DNA from: Wolbachia endosymbiont of Litomosoides sigmodontis
GTDB lineage: Bacteria; Pseudomonadota; Alphaproteobacteria; Rickettsiales; Anaplasmataceae
Direction of reading: 5' to 3'
Assembly (NCBI RefSeq): GCF_013365435.1
Contig: NZ_CP046577.1
Coordinates: forward strand, 420,001-452,000
DNA length: 32,000 nucleotides
The notes under the pieces are model-generated. The model saw nothing but the letters and a program-made list of their open reading frames with translations, ran no database searches and was not told where the DNA came from. The first letter of the stretch is position 1. Each line of letters starts with the position of its first letter. The position numbers and the translations under genes are program-made. Shown here in pieces: positions 1 through 11,377 of the stretch.

Positions 1-1
1 T

Positions 2-1705
2 AAGGGAAGAGAAATGACCAATCAAGTGCTTGATTCAATGGATATAGAGCGAGAACGTGGGATCACGATCAAAGCACAGACGGTAAGGCTAAACTATACT
101 GCAAATGATGGTAATCGATATTGTTTGAACCTTATGGATACTCCAGGTCATGTTGACTTTTCGTATGAAGTAAGTCGAAGCTTAGCTGCATGTGAAGGTT
201 CGCTTTTAGTAGTAGATAGTGGTCATGGAGTTAAAGCTCAAACTCTTGCGAATGTACATAAGGCAATTGACAATAATCATGAAATAATAGTTGTACTCAA
301 TAAAGTTGATCTTCCTGCTGCAGATCCGGAAAAGGTAAAGCTTCAAATTGAAGAGGTACTTGGTGTTGACGCTAGTGAATCAATTTTAATATCGGCAAAA
401 ACTGGACTTGGAATAAGAGATGTATTGGAAGCAATAGTAACAAAGCTTCCAGCTCCACATGGTGATATAAATGCTCCACTGCAGGCGATTTTAGTTGATA
501 GTTGGTATGATCATTATTTGGGGGTAGTAATTTTAGTCCGAGTTAAAAATGGAGTGCTAAAAAAAGGTATGAAGATTGTTATGATGTCTAATAATGCTGC
601 ATATCAAGTAGACAATATCGGTGTTTTCACTCCTAAAAAGGTAATAACAAGTGAATTATCAGTGGGTGAAATTGGTTTTATAACTGCTTCAATGAAAGAA
701 GTAGAAGCTTACAAAGTAGGAGACACTATTACTGAGGAAAAAAGACCTTGCAGTGAGGCATTGCCAGGCTTTAAAGAAGTACACCCTGTGGTATTTTGTA
801 GTATTTTTCCTAACAAAATAGATGATTTTAAATATTTAAGAAAGGCGCTGGAGAAGTTACATTTGAATGATGCAAGTTTTACCTTCGAAGCTGAAGCTTC
901 AGATGCGCTTGGCTATGGATTTCGTTGCGGTTTTTTGGGAATGCTGCATCTTGAAGTTATTCAAGAAAGGCTTGAGAGAGAATTTGATTTAGACTTAACG
1001 GCAACTGCACCTAGTGTTATATATAAAGTTACAACGCAAAGTGGTGAAGTTCTGAATATTCATAACCCAAGTAACATGCCAGATCTAATGAAGATTGAAA
1101 TAGTAGAAGAACCGTGGATTGCTGCAACCATAATGGTACCTGACCAATATTTAGGAGAAGTTTTATCTCTATGTAAGGAGAGGAGAGGAAAACAGGAAGA
1201 TTTATCTTATGTTGATAACATGACGATAGCATTGTTGAAGTATAAGTTGCCACTATCTGAAATTATTTTTGATTTTTATGATAAGTTGAAATCAATTTCT
1301 AAGGGATACGCAAGTTTAGATTGGGAAATTTCTAATTATCAGAAAAGTCAAATAGATAAATTAAGTTTTTTAGTTAATGGGACATCTGTAGATGCATTAG
1401 CCTGTATTGTTCACAAAAGTAAGGCCGAGAAAAGAGGACGTGAAATATGTGCACGTTTGAAAGATTTAATACCACGTCAGCAATATAAAATTGTAATTCA
1501 AGCGGTAGTAGGTAGTAAAATTATTGCAAGAGAAACGATTAATTCATACAGAAAGGATGTAACAGCTAAACTCTATGGTGGAGACGTAACACGAAGAATG
1601 AAGCTTTTAGAAAAGCAAAAGAAAGGTAAGAAAAGACTACATTCTGTAGGAGACGTGAACATTCCACATAATGCTTTTATTCAAGCTTTGAAGATAGGTG
1701 ATTGA
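2..1705 (+). CDS. lepA: Elongation factor 4 (LepA), 5'-truncated by the window edge
   Basis: The frame is open from position 2 (KGRE precedes the first Met at 14), so the P-loop N-terminus lies outside the window. Translation carries [38 protein letters not shown] and LNKVDL. It also has the LepA-specific C-terminal block GYASLDW...PRQQYKI...[24 protein letters not shown], collinear with E. coli LepA. Confidence 0.95.
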   Translation, partial: KGREMTNQVLDSMDIERERGITIKAQTVRLNYTANDGNRYCLNLMDTPGHVDFSYEVSRSLAACEGSLLVVDSGHGVKAQTLANVHKAIDNNHEIIVVLNKVDLPAADPEKVKLQIEEVLGVDASESILISAKTGLGIRDVLEAIVTKLPAPHGDINAPLQAILVDSWYDHYLGVVILVRVKNGVLKKGMKIVMMSNNAAYQVDNIGVFTPKKVITSELSVGEIGFITASMKEVEAYKVGDTITEEKRPCSEALPGFKEVHPVVFCSIFPNKIDDFKYLRKALEKLHLNDASFTFEAEASDALGYGFRCGFLGMLHLEVIQERLEREFDLDLTATAPSVIYKVTTQSGEVLNIHNPSNMPDLMKIEIVEEPWIAATIMVPDQYLGEVLSLCKERRGKQEDLSYVDNMTIALLKYKLPLSEIIFDFYDKLKSISKGYASLDWEISNYQKSQIDKLSFLVNGTSVDALACIVHKSKAEKRGREICARLKDLIPRQQYKIVIQAVVGSKIIARETINSYRKDVTAKLYGGDVTRRMKLLEKQKKGKKRLHSVGDVNIPHNAFIQALKIGD

Positions 1706-1836
1706 TACATTAGAGAATAGAAAAATTAGCAAATTATCATAAATTATATTTTTTCCAAACTAAAAGCTTTTCTTGTTAATGAAAATTGGTATGAAATTAT
1801 AAGCAGGAATACTGTTTTAATGGAACGATGTGAAGC

Positions 1837-2835
1837 TTATTTTCTTCTAAAACAAACCTGATGTACAGCTTCAACTATATCTTCTACTTGCGGTAATGCT
1901 TTTTTTTCTAGATTTGCAGCATAGGGAAGGGGAATGTCCTTGCCAGTTACGCGTACAACTGGAGCATCAAGATAATCAAAACCATGTTCCATAATAACAG
2001 CTGAAAGCTCTGCTCCTATTCCGGCAAATGGCCAACCTTCTTCTATGCTGACTAATCTATTAGTTTTTTTAATAGAATTAATAACGGTTTCAGTGTCGAG
2101 AGGTCTTAAAGTTCTTAAGTCAATAACTTCAGCTTCTATACTTTCACCAGAAAGTAAATCTGCTGCGCTTAAAGCGTCAGTTAATTTCAATGAGAAAGCA
2201 GTAATGGTTACGTCCTTTCCTTCACGGATAACAGCAGCTTTACCTATCTCAAGTAGATAATCTTTATTCGACAGCTCAGAATCAGGAATTTCATGCTGAT
2301 GCCCATAAGCGATCTCATTTTCTAGAAATATTACTGGATTAGGATCACGAATTGCTGCTTTGAGCAGCCCCCTACAGTCAGAGGCAAAATAAGGTGCTAT
2401 TACTTTTAACCCAGGTACATGCGAATACCAAGATGCAAAACATTGAGAATGTTGTGCAGCAACTCTTGCTGCAGCACCGTTTGGTCCACGAAATACTATG
2501 GGACATCCAAGTTGTCCACCCGACATATAGTTTGTTTTTGCTGCAGAATTTACAATTTGATCAATAGCTTGCATAGAAAAATTAAAAGTCATGAATTCAA
2601 CTATTGGCCTTAGTCCAGCAAATGCCGCTCCAATGGCAAGACCAGCAAATCCGTGTTCAGTAATGGGCGTATCAACTACCCTATTTTCTCCAAACTCTTT
2701 CAGCAGTCCTTTTGTTACTTTATAAGCGCCATTATACTCAGCAACTTCTTCACCCATGATAAATACATCATGGTTATTTTGCATTTCTTCTCTAATTGCT
2801 GTACATAAAGCTTCTCTTACACTTAAAGTTGCCAT
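1837..2835 (-). CDS. pdhB: Pyruvate dehydrogenase E1 component, beta subunit
   Basis: ATG-initiated 332-aa ORF collinear with E1-beta proteins ([62 protein letters not shown]-terminal transketolase-like domain). No pdhA lies upstream; an IS relic and pyrF sit there instead. Confidence 0.95.
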   Translation of the reverse strand: MATLSVREALCTAIREEMQNNHDVFIMGEEVAEYNGAYKVTKGLLKEFGENRVVDTPITEHGFAGLAIGAAFAGLRPIVEFMTFNFSMQAIDQIVNSAAKTNYMSGGQLGCPIVFRGPNGAAARVAAQHSQCFASWYSHVPGLKVIAPYFASDCRGLLKAAIRDPNPVIFLENEIAYGHQHEIPDSELSNKDYLLEIGKAAVIREGKDVTITAFSLKLTDALSAADLLSGESIEAEVIDLRTLRPLDTETVINSIKKTNRLVSIEEGWPFAGIGAELSAVIMEHGFDYLDAPVVRVTGKDIPLPYAANLEKKALPQVEDIVEAVHQVCFRRK

Positions 2836-2974
2836 TTATAAACTTTATAGATCTTAGCTTAATAATTATATCAAAGTTACCAGTGATGAGTAAAGCAGAT
2901 ATTGCTGTAAGTGTAGCAAGGTTGTAACATTTTGTGTATGCAATTTGCCACTGTCTATTCCCCAAGAAACTACA

Positions 2975-3100
2975 TTAATACTGATTCTCACTGTTAGTAA
3001 GTCAAAAAGCGACACTGTAAGGCTGTTTATACCAATTTCCACTATGTAGGAACGGATAGATAATAATGAAAAAGAAACCATGCTTAGGCATTAAAATCAA
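2975..3100 (+). mobile_element. IS630-family relic: left-terminus fragments only
   Basis: aatactgattctcactgttagtaagtc (2977-) and tataccaatttccac (3028-) both match the reverse complement of the right-end consensus seen in the other copies (...ctaaca[a/g]tg[a/g]aaattggtattatac). aaaagaaaccatgcttaggc (3070-) matches aaaagaaaccatgttgaggt, about 90 nt inside the 21.1-kb copy. No ORF. Confidence 0.5.
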
Positions 3101-3224
3101 AAATACTTTGGATGACAAGAAAGGTGCACAGGTTTATATCTTTGGCTTTTACCTAATTAACAAAATCTGGATCCTCTATAAGATAGATAATTTTCTGACT
3201 TTTAGTTTTTTTAGAGTCTCAGTT

Positions 3225-3902
3225 TTAATTAAGTGATTTCAATATTAGTTCTGCACTGTTTGCAGGATTATCACTTTTTGTGATTGGTCTACCAATTACG
3301 ATATAATCAGCTCTTGAATTCATTGCTTCTTTTGGTGTTGCTATCCTTTTTTGGTCATCATGATCAAAATTTACACGAATTCCTGGAGTAATAATTTTAA
3401 AGTCTTTACCACATTCTTGACGCACTTCTTGAGCTTCTGACGCAGAGCAAACTATTCCATGTAACCCAACCTTCTTTGCAAGCTTTGCAAATAGAATTAC
3501 CTGTGATTTTACCTCTCTTGCTACTCCAAGCTCACTTAAATCCTCGTTGTTCATACTGGTTAATACTGTTACTCCAATCAGTTTCATTTTTGTATCTTTT
3601 ACTATACTTAGAGCCTCTTCAAGCATTTTTGTTCCACCACTGATATGTAGTGTTAGTATTTCAACGTTCAAAACTTTTATTGCTTCAACTGTTTTAGCTA
3701 CAGTGTTTGGAATGTCGTGCAGTTTCAGATCTAAAAAAATTGGTACGTTGTGCTTTGCAACTTCTCCTACTCCAAAAGGACCATGAGCGGCAAAAAATTC
3801 TAGCCCCAGCTTTATCATACCAACCTTATCGCGCAAAGTATTAGCCAAAGATATGGCCTCATTTAAATCTTGAGTATCTAGTGCGCATATTACTGGATTC
3901 AT
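3225..3902 (-). CDS. pyrF: Orotidine 5'-phosphate decarboxylase
   Basis: ATG-initiated 225-aa ORF with OMP decarboxylase signatures (N-terminal ICALD, FLDLKLHDIPNTV, C-terminal IVIGRPIT). Confidence 0.93.
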   Translation of the reverse strand: MNPVICALDTQDLNEAISLANTLRDKVGMIKLGLEFFAAHGPFGVGEVAKHNVPIFLDLKLHDIPNTVAKTVEAIKVLNVEILTLHISGGTKMLEEALSIVKDTKMKLIGVTVLTSMNNEDLSELGVAREVKSQVILFAKLAKKVGLHGIVCSASEAQEVRQECGKDFKIITPGIRVNFDHDDQKRIATPKEAMNSRADYIVIGRPITKSDNPANSAELILKSLN

Positions 3903-4051
3903 TGTATACCTCTACGTTTTTTTTGTAGACTATAAAAATAACTATTGCATTTTGCAATTTCTTTTATCTTAGAAAGAACACGAAAATTCTTGATCAATAG
4001 GGCACTAGGTGAGCTTATTTAAATTTTGTATATCTAATGTGATGTACAATT

Positions 4052-4262
4052 GTATAATAACACCAATTTTCACTGAAAAAGACTGATAAATAATAGAGGT
4101 GGACAGTAAGAGTAAAAAACTTAACGAGACTAAAAGTAAAGTTAGATAGACAAAATTTTTATCTCTATTAAAATTATATGTCTATTACCATATTTTATTT
4201 GAGCTAAATCCTATTGAGAGACTTTGGTTGTATATAAAACAGAACATTTTGCATAAAGAATA
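4052..4262 (+). mobile_element. IS630-family relic, internally deleted
   Basis: A left-terminus-like gtataataacaccaattttcactg sits at 4052. From 4201, gagctaaatcctattgagagactttggttgtatataaaacagaacatttt translates ELNPIERLWLYIKQNIL, the conserved C-terminal DDE-region motif of IS630/Tc1-type transposases. The relic is cut off about 40 nt before the carB stop. Confidence 0.6.
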
Positions 4263-4302
4263 TGAAACTTTATATATACAAAACTATTTTTTAGCTATAG
4301 TA

Positions 4303-7300
4303 CTAAAAGTTTTGTATTTGCTGCAATGACTTCACTTTTAGCTTGCTGTTCTTTATATATTGAATTGCAAGCACTAAAGCTTTACTTCCAGAAGCCGTGG
4401 TGCTGTGAGCTATATTTTGTAAAATAACAGTTCTGCGAATATCTCTGCTGTCTGAGACTGATTTTATACCTTTCGAGGTATTGATTACCAGATTTATTTT
4501 TCCATCTTTGAGCATGTCAATTATATGTGGCCTACCTTCTCTCATTTTATTTACAGCTTCCGCAGCAATGCCGTTATTGTTCAGGTATGAAGCTGTACCT
4601 TTGGTGGCATATATTCTAAAATTCATCTCTTTCAACATTCGTGCAACTGGTAATATATACTCTTTATCATCATCTTGTACTGAGATTAGAGCTGTCCCTT
4701 TTGTTGGCAGCTTATATCCTGCAGCCATGTGCACTTTTGCAAGTGCTGCTTCAAAGGATGAGTCGATTCCCATTACTTCCCCTGTTGACTTCATTTCTGG
4801 ACCAAGTAGGGTATCAATTCCTGAAAAACGCGCAAACGGGAAAACAGCAGCTTTAACTGCAAAGTGATTAAGAGATTTTTTTTCTTGGTTTAATTTTTTA
4901 CCTAAAATAACCTGAGTAGCAAGCTTTGCAATAGGAACATTGATTACTTTGGAAATAAAAGGAATTGTACGGCTAGCTCTTAGGTTCACTTCAAGTATAT
5001 ATATGTCATTTTCTTGTATGGCAAATTGAATATTTATCAGACCTCTTACTTTCAATTTAAGGGCTACTCTTTCAGTCTGTAGCTCAATCTCTTTTATGAT
5101 TTCATCATTTAATGTGTTTGTCGGTATTGAACAAGTTGAATCACCAGAGTGAATTCCTGCTTCTTCAATATGCTCCATAACTGCTGCAATGAAAACTTTT
5201 TTTCCATCACATATAGCGTCAACATCGACCTCAACTGCATTAACTAAGAACTTATCAAGCAGCAGCGACCCATGTCTAAAAATTTTAGTTTGATCAAGTA
5301 CATATTCCTTAAAGCTCTCAATATCGTACTTAATTGACATAGATTGACCACCTAGGACGTAGGATGGCCTAACTATTAATGGAAAACCTACTTTTTCTGC
5401 GTTAGCTAACGCTTCTTCTGCTGAATAACAGATAAAGTTCTCTGGTTGTTTTAAATTAAGCTGTAAAGCAAGGTTTCTAAACCTCATACGATCTTCAGCA
5501 AGATCTATAGAGTCAAAAGACGTACCCAAGATATTAAAACCCCTTTTGTTCAGTATCTTTGCTAACCTTAAAGGTGTTTGACCACCTATCTGAACTATAG
5601 CACCTACTAGTGTACCATTTTCTTGCTCTTTACTTAGTATTTCAAGTACATCTTCTATAGTTAATGGAGCAAAATATAAACGATCAGCGGTATCATAATC
5701 AGTTGAAACAGTTTCAGGATTACAATTAATCATTATTGTTTCATATCCCATTTCTCTGGCAGCAGAAACTGCATGCACACACGCATAGTCAAACTCAATA
5801 CCCTGACCAATACGATTTGGTCCGCTACCTAAAATTACAACCTTTTTTCGGTCAGAAACGTCTGCTTCACATTCAGTTCTATTTATAACGTCTCCTTCAT
5901 AACAACCGTACATGTAAACAGCACTAGATTCAAATTCAGCTGCACACGTATCTACACGTTTGTAAACTGGACTAACACCAAACTTTTTTCTCATTTTTTC
6001 AATCTGCTCTACTTGATCTGCAGTACACGAAGCTGGAATAAATTTATTGCTTAACTTTGCCAACCTTGCATCTGAAAACCCCATCTTTTTTAGTTCTAAT
6101 ATTTCGTATGCTGTTTCAGGCAAGCCAATTTCTTTAATTTTTTGTTCAGCCAAGATGATTTGCTGTATATTCTGCAAAAACCATAAGTCATACCCTGTAA
6201 TTGAATTTATTTCTTCTATGCTAATCCCATGACGCATTGCGTCAGCAGCAATTAGCAATCTATTTGGTAGCAATTTTGCTAATTGTGATTTTATGTAATC
6301 AACATCCGTGTCCTTAGAAAATACCTCGTCAAGTCCTGTAAGGCCAGTTTCAAGTGAGCGGAAAGCTTTCTGTAATGACTCATTAAAAGTGCGACCTATA
6401 GACATTACTTCTCCCACTGATTTCATGGAAGTTGACAGTTCACAATCTGTTCCCTTAAATTTTTCAAAATCAAAACGAGGAACTTTAGTAACAACGTAAT
6501 CAACCACTGGTTCGAATGCAGCAGGTATAGTTGGTGTACAATTATTGCGTATTTCATCAAGTGAATAGCCAACAGCAAGCTTTGTTGCAATTTTTGCTAT
6601 GGGGTAACCTGTTGCCTTTGAGGCGAGTGCAGAAGAACGAGAAACTCTTGGATTCATTTCAATTATAACAAGGCTTCCATCTTCTTTAGGATTAACCGCA
6701 AATTGGACATTTGCACCACCTGCACTAATACCAATTTCTCTAAGTACTGCTATAGATGCATTTCTCATTTGTTGGTATTCTGCATCACGTAGAGTCAAAG
6801 CAGGAGCAACGGTAATACTGTCACCTGTGTGCACTCCCATAGGATCGACATTTTCTATCGAGCAGACTATTATGCAATTATCTTTGCAATCGCGGATAAC
6901 TTCCATTTCGTATTCTTTCCAGCCGATAATGGACTCATCTATCTGAATTTCATTTATCGGTGAAACTTTCAGGGCATCCTCTGCAATGTTAAAAAACTCC
7001 TCTTTATTATACGCTATGCCACTACCTGTACCACCAAGAGTAAATGATGAGCGTATGATTGCAGGTAACCCTATATAATCGAGAGCTTCCCTTATTTGTT
7101 CTTGATTTTTTATAATGATGCTTTTAGGGTATTTTAGCCCTATTTTATCCATAGATTGGCGAAATAATTCTCTATCTTCCGCTTTTTTAATTGCTTCTCT
7201 GTTTATGCCAATTAGCTTTACGTTGTATTTATCCAATACTTTATCATCTGCGAGTTTCATTGCACAGTTCAAAGCAGTTTGCCCGCCCATTGTTGGTAAT

Positions 7301-7557
7301 ATTGCATCTGGCTTCTCTTTAATTATGATTTCTTCTATGACTTCGGGTAATATAGGTTCAATGTATGTTGCATCAGAAAACTCAGGATCAGTCATTATAG
7401 TTGCAGGGTTAGAATTAACCAAAATGACCTTATAATTCTCGTTCTTTAATACCTTGCAACTCTGAGTTCCAGAATAATCGAATTCGCATGCCTGACCTAT
7501 AATTATCGGACCTGCCCCTATTACTAGTATAGATTCTATATCTGTACGTTTTGGCAT
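4303..7557 (-). CDS. carB: Carbamoyl-phosphate synthase, large subunit
   Basis: ATG-initiated 1084-aa ORF. The N-terminus [30 protein letters not shown] is typical of the family. It has two ATP-grasp halves (second half [21 protein letters not shown]) and a C-terminal MGS-like domain. carA is not adjacent. Confidence 0.97.
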   Translation of the reverse strand: MPKRTDIESILVIGAGPIIIGQACEFDYSGTQSCKVLKNENYKVILVNSNPATIMTDPEFSDATYIEPILPEVIEEIIIKEKPDAILPTMGGQTALNCAMKLADDKVLDKYNVKLIGINREAIKKAEDRELFRQSMDKIGLKYPKSIIIKNQEQIREALDYIGLPAIIRSSFTLGGTGSGIAYNKEEFFNIAEDALKVSPINEIQIDESIIGWKEYEMEVIRDCKDNCIIVCSIENVDPMGVHTGDSITVAPALTLRDAEYQQMRNASIAVLREIGISAGGANVQFAVNPKEDGSLVIIEMNPRVSRSSALASKATGYPIAKIATKLAVGYSLDEIRNNCTPTIPAAFEPVVDYVVTKVPRFDFEKFKGTDCELSTSMKSVGEVMSIGRTFNESLQKAFRSLETGLTGLDEVFSKDTDVDYIKSQLAKLLPNRLLIAADAMRHGISIEEINSITGYDLWFLQNIQQIILAEQKIKEIGLPETAYEILELKKMGFSDARLAKLSNKFIPASCTADQVEQIEKMRKKFGVSPVYKRVDTCAAEFESSAVYMYGCYEGDVINRTECEADVSDRKKVVILGSGPNRIGQGIEFDYACVHAVSAAREMGYETIMINCNPETVSTDYDTADRLYFAPLTIEDVLEILSKEQENGTLVGAIVQIGGQTPLRLAKILNKRGFNILGTSFDSIDLAEDRMRFRNLALQLNLKQPENFICYSAEEALANAEKVGFPLIVRPSYVLGGQSMSIKYDIESFKEYVLDQTKIFRHGSLLLDKFLVNAVEVDVDAICDGKKVFIAAVMEHIEEAGIHSGDSTCSIPTNTLNDEIIKEIELQTERVALKLKVRGLINIQFAIQENDIYILEVNLRASRTIPFISKVINVPIAKLATQVILGKKLNQEKKSLNHFAVKAAVFPFARFSGIDTLLGPEMKSTGEVMGIDSSFEAALAKVHMAAGYKLPTKGTALISVQDDDKEYILPVARMLKEMNFRIYATKGTASYLNNNGIAAEAVNKMREGRPHIIDMLKDGKINLVINTSKGIKSVSDSRDIRRTVILQNIAHSTTASGSKALVLAIQYIKNSKLKVKSLQQIQNF

Positions 7558-7730
7558 AATTATAATAATGATTTCTTTCTAGATAATATTAGCAATCTTT
7601 CTTATATATGTGAATTTTTATTAGACTTATGGATCAATTATGTAGCTCATGAAGATGTGAAAAATTACTTAATATATTTCACTGGCTCTCTTATCATAGT
7701 ACTGTTGATTTTTTAGTATAAAATTTATCT

Positions 7731-7838
7731 TTACTCAAGAGCGTTTTGTGCAAATTTATTACATCTCTTTCTCACTTCGCAATTAGATAATTCTGCAATG
7801 TCATTTATTAAAATAATAACAATGAGAATTAGTATTGC
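7731..7838 (+). mobile_element. IS630-family relic: 3' end only
   Basis: ttactcaagagcgttttgtgcaaatttattacatctctttctcacttcgcaatt...aatgagaattagtattgcc aligns with the 3' ends of the copies at 15.1, 21.6 and 29.2 kb (translates ...LLKSVLCKFITSLSH...). It ends about 10 nt from the stop codon of the SPFH gene. Confidence 0.6.
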
Positions 7839-7847
7839 CATTTGTAA

Positions 7848-8717
7848 TTAATTACTATTTAAACTAATCGTTGGTTGTGCATCTTGCTCAGAGATCAAGG
7901 AAATTAGTAAATTATTTATCAATTGAACTTTCTGCTTTTTATCCAATTGTATGCTTTTATGTTTTTCAAAATGAGCCATTACTTCTTCGATAATTCCTAT
8001 TGCATTTTGCACTATATATTTTCTTGCAGAAGTGATAGCATGTGCTTGTTGACGCCTTAGCATTGCTTGTGCAATCTCAGATGAATATGCTAAATATGAT
8101 ATCCTTGCTTCTGTAATTTCAATTCCAGCAATGTCTAGTCTTTGCTGTAACATTAACCGCAATTCACTTGAAATTTTATTGGAATTTTTACGCAAAGACT
8201 CCTCATCACCTTCACTATCATATGGATAATTGCTTGCCAATTCTCTAATTACCGAGTCACTTTGTACGAAAACAAAGTCATGATAATTATTAACATTATA
8301 ATGTGCTTTTGCAGGACTACTTACTCTCCAAACAATCACTGCTGAGATCTCGATTGGACTCCCGTTTGCATCGTTCACTTTTATTTTTTCTGTATTGATA
8401 TTTTGAAATTTCAGGGAAATGATATATTTGTTTGAAAATGGAAGTGTGATAAACATCCCATGCTTAAAGTAAGTTCCAATATAATGACCAAGAAATTCTA
8501 TTACTCTTGCTTCATTAGGGTCATTGATAAAAAATCCTTGAGAAAAAGCCAACATTAAAATAGTAGCAATTCCAAGTGTAGTTGCATTATCATATGCTGC
8601 AAAAAGTACTGATAAAATTAATCCTAATACTATTAGTATAGGAAAAATCTGGAGTTGACTCAATTTTCTATCATTTATCATATTATTACCTATATCATCC
8701 TTAAACTTTTTTGTCAC
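7848..8717 (-). CDS. SPFH/band-7 domain membrane protein
   Basis: 289-aa ORF with an N-terminal hydrophobic segment (IFPILIVLGLILSVLFAAY...ATILMLAF) followed by an SPFH-like core (ISAVIVWRVSSPAKAHYNV...ARISYLAYSSEIAQAMLRRQQAHAITSARKYIV). The track start is GTG at 8717, overlapping the upstream gene by 17 nt; an ATG at 8681 (MINDRK...) is an equally plausible start. Confidence 0.75.
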   Translation of the reverse strand: MTKKFKDDIGNNMINDRKLSQLQIFPILIVLGLILSVLFAAYDNATTLGIATILMLAFSQGFFINDPNEARVIEFLGHYIGTYFKHGMFITLPFSNKYIISLKFQNINTEKIKVNDANGSPIEISAVIVWRVSSPAKAHYNVNNYHDFVFVQSDSVIRELASNYPYDSEGDEESLRKNSNKISSELRLMLQQRLDIAGIEITEARISYLAYSSEIAQAMLRRQQAHAITSARKYIVQNAIGIIEEVMAHFEKHKSIQLDKKQKVQLINNLLISLISEQDAQPTISLNSN

Positions 8718-9852
8718 TTGAACTCTCCCTATTGATAGTTTTATCTATTTTACTTATTAATAATTTAAATTCCCTCAATTCATGACCAAGTAACCTCATT
8801 TTGCTTTTATGTACTATTGTAAGTGGATCAACGTATTTGCCGTTGTATATAACTTCGTAATGTAAATGTGGTCCTGTTGTAACGCCAGTGCTACCAACAT
8901 AAGCGATAACTTGTCCTTGCTTTACTCTAGAGCCTAGCTTCACATCACTACTAAATCCGTTCACGTGTGCGTAGCAGGTTGAATACCCATTCTTGTGTTT
9001 TATTTTGATGTACTTGCCGTATCCTCTATTATTTCCTATGTATTCTATTATACCTTCTGCAGTAGCAAATATAGGAGTGCCAGGTTTGGCTGCATAATCT
9101 ATCCCTTTATGAAAAGCAATTTTACCACGAATAGGATGCTTTCTATTGCCAAATAGTGAAGATATACGATAATCTCCTCTATTTAAAGGCTTTATGAAAA
9201 CTTTGCCATCGTCCTTTAAGCTTATTCCTTCTTTATTAAAATACCCTTCTCTGCCGTTTTTTAATTTGTAATGATACAAACTAATGGCCTTTTTGTTTGT
9301 TGTCAATGAAGTATATAAAATTTTCTCTTCAATCTCCTGCTTATTAAGCAATCTCCCAAAAAGAACTTCTAGTTTACTTTCTGATATAATATCTTTTTTT
9401 AAATCAATACCAAGATCTTTGTATATTTCAATTAATTTCATCGCTGTGTTTGGTGCTAATTCTTGTTCAATTCTTACAGCAAAGAAAGAAGATTTTATGT
9501 TACTGGATATGAATAACAACTTTTTATCATGCACTAAGTTTACTGTGTTGCTTTCTGTTATCTTTAAATTCTCTCCTGCCATTTCAGTGTATGATACTAA
9601 ATCACAGTTTTTATCACATAACTGTTTAATGTGTTCATTTGTAATTGAATTTACTAAATTATGATGTCTAGTCACTGGAATAATCTCTCTCTTGGTAGAA
9701 ATTATTCTTATATCGCAATGTTCACACAGTTGTTTGTTTGGCACTGATTCTTTTCTTCTGATTACACTTAAGAATGACATTGAAAGATCTGTTGATGCTC
9801 TAGTGATATGTAATGGTAAGACAAAAAGTAGTATAAGTATGGTTAATTTCAT
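8701..9852 (-). CDS. Exported M23-family metallopeptidase with an uncharacterised N-terminal domain
   Basis: 383-aa ORF with signal-like MKLTILILLFVLPLHITRAS. The C-terminal M23 catalytic motifs are HxxxD (HKGIDYAA) and HxH (GPHLHYEV), with GYGKYIKIKHKNGYSTCYAHV between them. Its ATG overlaps the yebC stop (ATGA). Confidence 0.85.
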   Translation of the reverse strand: MKLTILILLFVLPLHITRASTDLSMSFLSVIRRKESVPNKQLCEHCDIRIISTKREIIPVTRHHNLVNSITNEHIKQLCDKNCDLVSYTEMAGENLKITESNTVNLVHDKKLLFISSNIKSSFFAVRIEQELAPNTAMKLIEIYKDLGIDLKKDIISESKLEVLFGRLLNKQEIEEKILYTSLTTNKKAISLYHYKLKNGREGYFNKEGISLKDDGKVFIKPLNRGDYRISSLFGNRKHPIRGKIAFHKGIDYAAKPGTPIFATAEGIIEYIGNNRGYGKYIKIKHKNGYSTCYAHVNGFSSDVKLGSRVKQGQVIAYVGSTGVTTGPHLHYEVIYNGKYVDPLTIVHKSKMRLLGHELREFKLLISKIDKTINRESSSDKKV

Positions 9853-10598
9853 AACTCAAGTTGCAGATCAGCAAAAGCAAAATTACCTTCAACGTATTGC
9901 ACATCATCATTATCTTCCAGCTCTTCAATCAATCTAGATAATTTATCGATCAATTCTTTATCGCTAATTTTAATTAGGTCCTTTGGCTGCCATGAAAGGC
10001 GAGCAAGTTCTGGCTCTCCAAACTTTGCATAGAAAGCATTGCGTACTTTGCCAAAATCTTTCACTTTACAGGTTATAACATATACTTCTTCTGTGTCATT
10101 TTCCTCAATATTTAATACTTCTAATTCAATTCCATGACTAAATAAATCTTCAAAATTTATACCTTCTGCTTTATAAACGATCAGACCTACATGATCAAAG
10201 AGATAACTAACACTTCCTGTTTCTCCTAAACTTCCATCTTTGCGAGAAAAAATATAACGCATCTCAGAGGCAGTTCGATTGCGATTGTTCGTCAAGACAT
10301 GAATAATGAGTGCAGTACCAGAAGGTCCATGGCCCTCATACTGTATTTCTTCATAATTTTCCCCAGCAACATTACCAGCTGCATTTTTTATTGCTGTTTC
10401 TATCTTATCTTTTGGCAGATTTTCTTTGCGTGCGGCAAATATGGCAGAGCGAAGACGCGGGTTGAGTTCGGGATCAGGTAGCCCTTGCTTTGCAGCGACT
10501 GTTATTTCTCTAATGAGTTTTGTAAATTTTTGAGAGCGCTTTGCATCCTGGGCACCTTTCCGGTGTTTTATATTTGAAAACTGTGAATGACCAGCCAT
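9849..10598 (-). CDS. yebC: YebC/PmpR-family transcriptional regulator
   Basis: The canonical N-terminus MAGHSQFSNIKHRKGAQDAKR begins at the ATG at 10598. The track start at 10604 is a TTG two codons upstream. The rest is collinear with the YebC family. Confidence 0.9.
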   Translation of the reverse strand: MAGHSQFSNIKHRKGAQDAKRSQKFTKLIREITVAAKQGLPDPELNPRLRSAIFAARKENLPKDKIETAIKNAAGNVAGENYEEIQYEGHGPSGTALIIHVLTNNRNRTASEMRYIFSRKDGSLGETGSVSYLFDHVGLIVYKAEGINFEDLFSHGIELEVLNIEENDTEEVYVITCKVKDFGKVRNAFYAKFGEPELARLSWQPKDLIKISDKELIDKLSRLIEELEDNDDVQYVEGNFAFADLQLEL

Positions 10599-10657
10599 AT
10601 TCAAATAGTTAAAATTATGAATTATATACTAAAGTTGGAGAAAGCTAAAGAAAGTTT

Positions 10658-11377
10658 TCAAGGTTGTTGTTCTACGGTATTCTCTTTGGGATTCTCTACT
10701 AATAGGCTTTCATACTGCCAAGCTTCTAGATCAAGACCAAGAGCTAAATGAGCTGCTATTAAATAGTTAACGGATCTGGGGAAATAGCTAGAATCACTGT
10801 TGCTTATTATATTTTGAAAACGCTTAATTGCTGCTAAATATTCACCACGCTTAAAATAGAACTTACCGATAGAATATTCCTTTGCTAATATATGCTTAGT
10901 GATTAGTTTTGCTTTTTCGTTTATTTCTTCTGTATATTTACTATCTGGAAAAAGGTTAACGTACTCTGTAGCCAGCTCCAAAGCCTTATATGCAGTTTGT
11001 TGCCCAAATTGCACTTTATTAATTTGTATATAATAAAATAGTACCCTTAAGTAATACACGTATGGTAAATCCTCACCATTTGGATAAATATATATGTAAT
11101 CTTCCATATCACTTGCAGCACTGCTATAGTTGCTTATATTGTAGTGAGAAATACCAGACAACAATTTTGCTTTCATTGCCCAATATGAAAAAGGATATAG
11201 ATCTTCAATTTTTTGAAATACTCTGATAGCTTGTTTATACTTTTTTTGGTCAAAAAGCTCAACTGCTTCTTCATATAGCTTAGTCTCACTTTTTTCAAGA
11301 TGAGTATCATCACTCGCATATGACTGCATAAAGGAGCAAATTAAAAAAATAAAGTACACGATTAAAGTCTTATACAT
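10658..11377 (-). CDS. bamD: Outer-membrane protein assembly factor BamD-like TPR protein
   Basis: 239 aa with an N-terminal signal-like segment, then a TPR-like layout collinear with E. coli BamD (YEEAVELFDQKKYKQAIRVFQKIEDLYPFSYWA..., ...FPDSKYTEE...LAKEYSIGKFYFKRGEYLAAIKRFQ). Confidence 0.78.
   Translation of the reverse strand: MYKTLIVYFIFLICSFMQSYASDDTHLEKSETKLYEEAVELFDQKKYKQAIRVFQKIEDLYPFSYWAMKAKLLSGISHYNISNYSSAASDMEDYIYIYPNGEDLPYVYYLRVLFYYIQINKVQFGQQTAYKALELATEYVNLFPDSKYTEEINEKAKLITKHILAKEYSIGKFYFKRGEYLAAIKRFQNIISNSDSSYFPRSVNYLIAAHLALGLDLEAWQYESLLVENPKENTVEQQP

Noticed and set aside
2866-3081. 71-aa minus-strand ORF between pdhB and pyrF.
   Set aside because: It spans the IS630 left-terminus fragments (the LLTVR motif is the terminus read antisense) and has no independent support.
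4481-7435. Plus-strand ORFs inside carB (4481..4867, 4641..4856, 6047..6232, 6308..6499, 7115..7435).
   Set aside because: These are shadow ORFs antisense to a strongly supported 1084-aa carB. They have low-complexity Ser/Leu/Phe-rich products and no homology signal.
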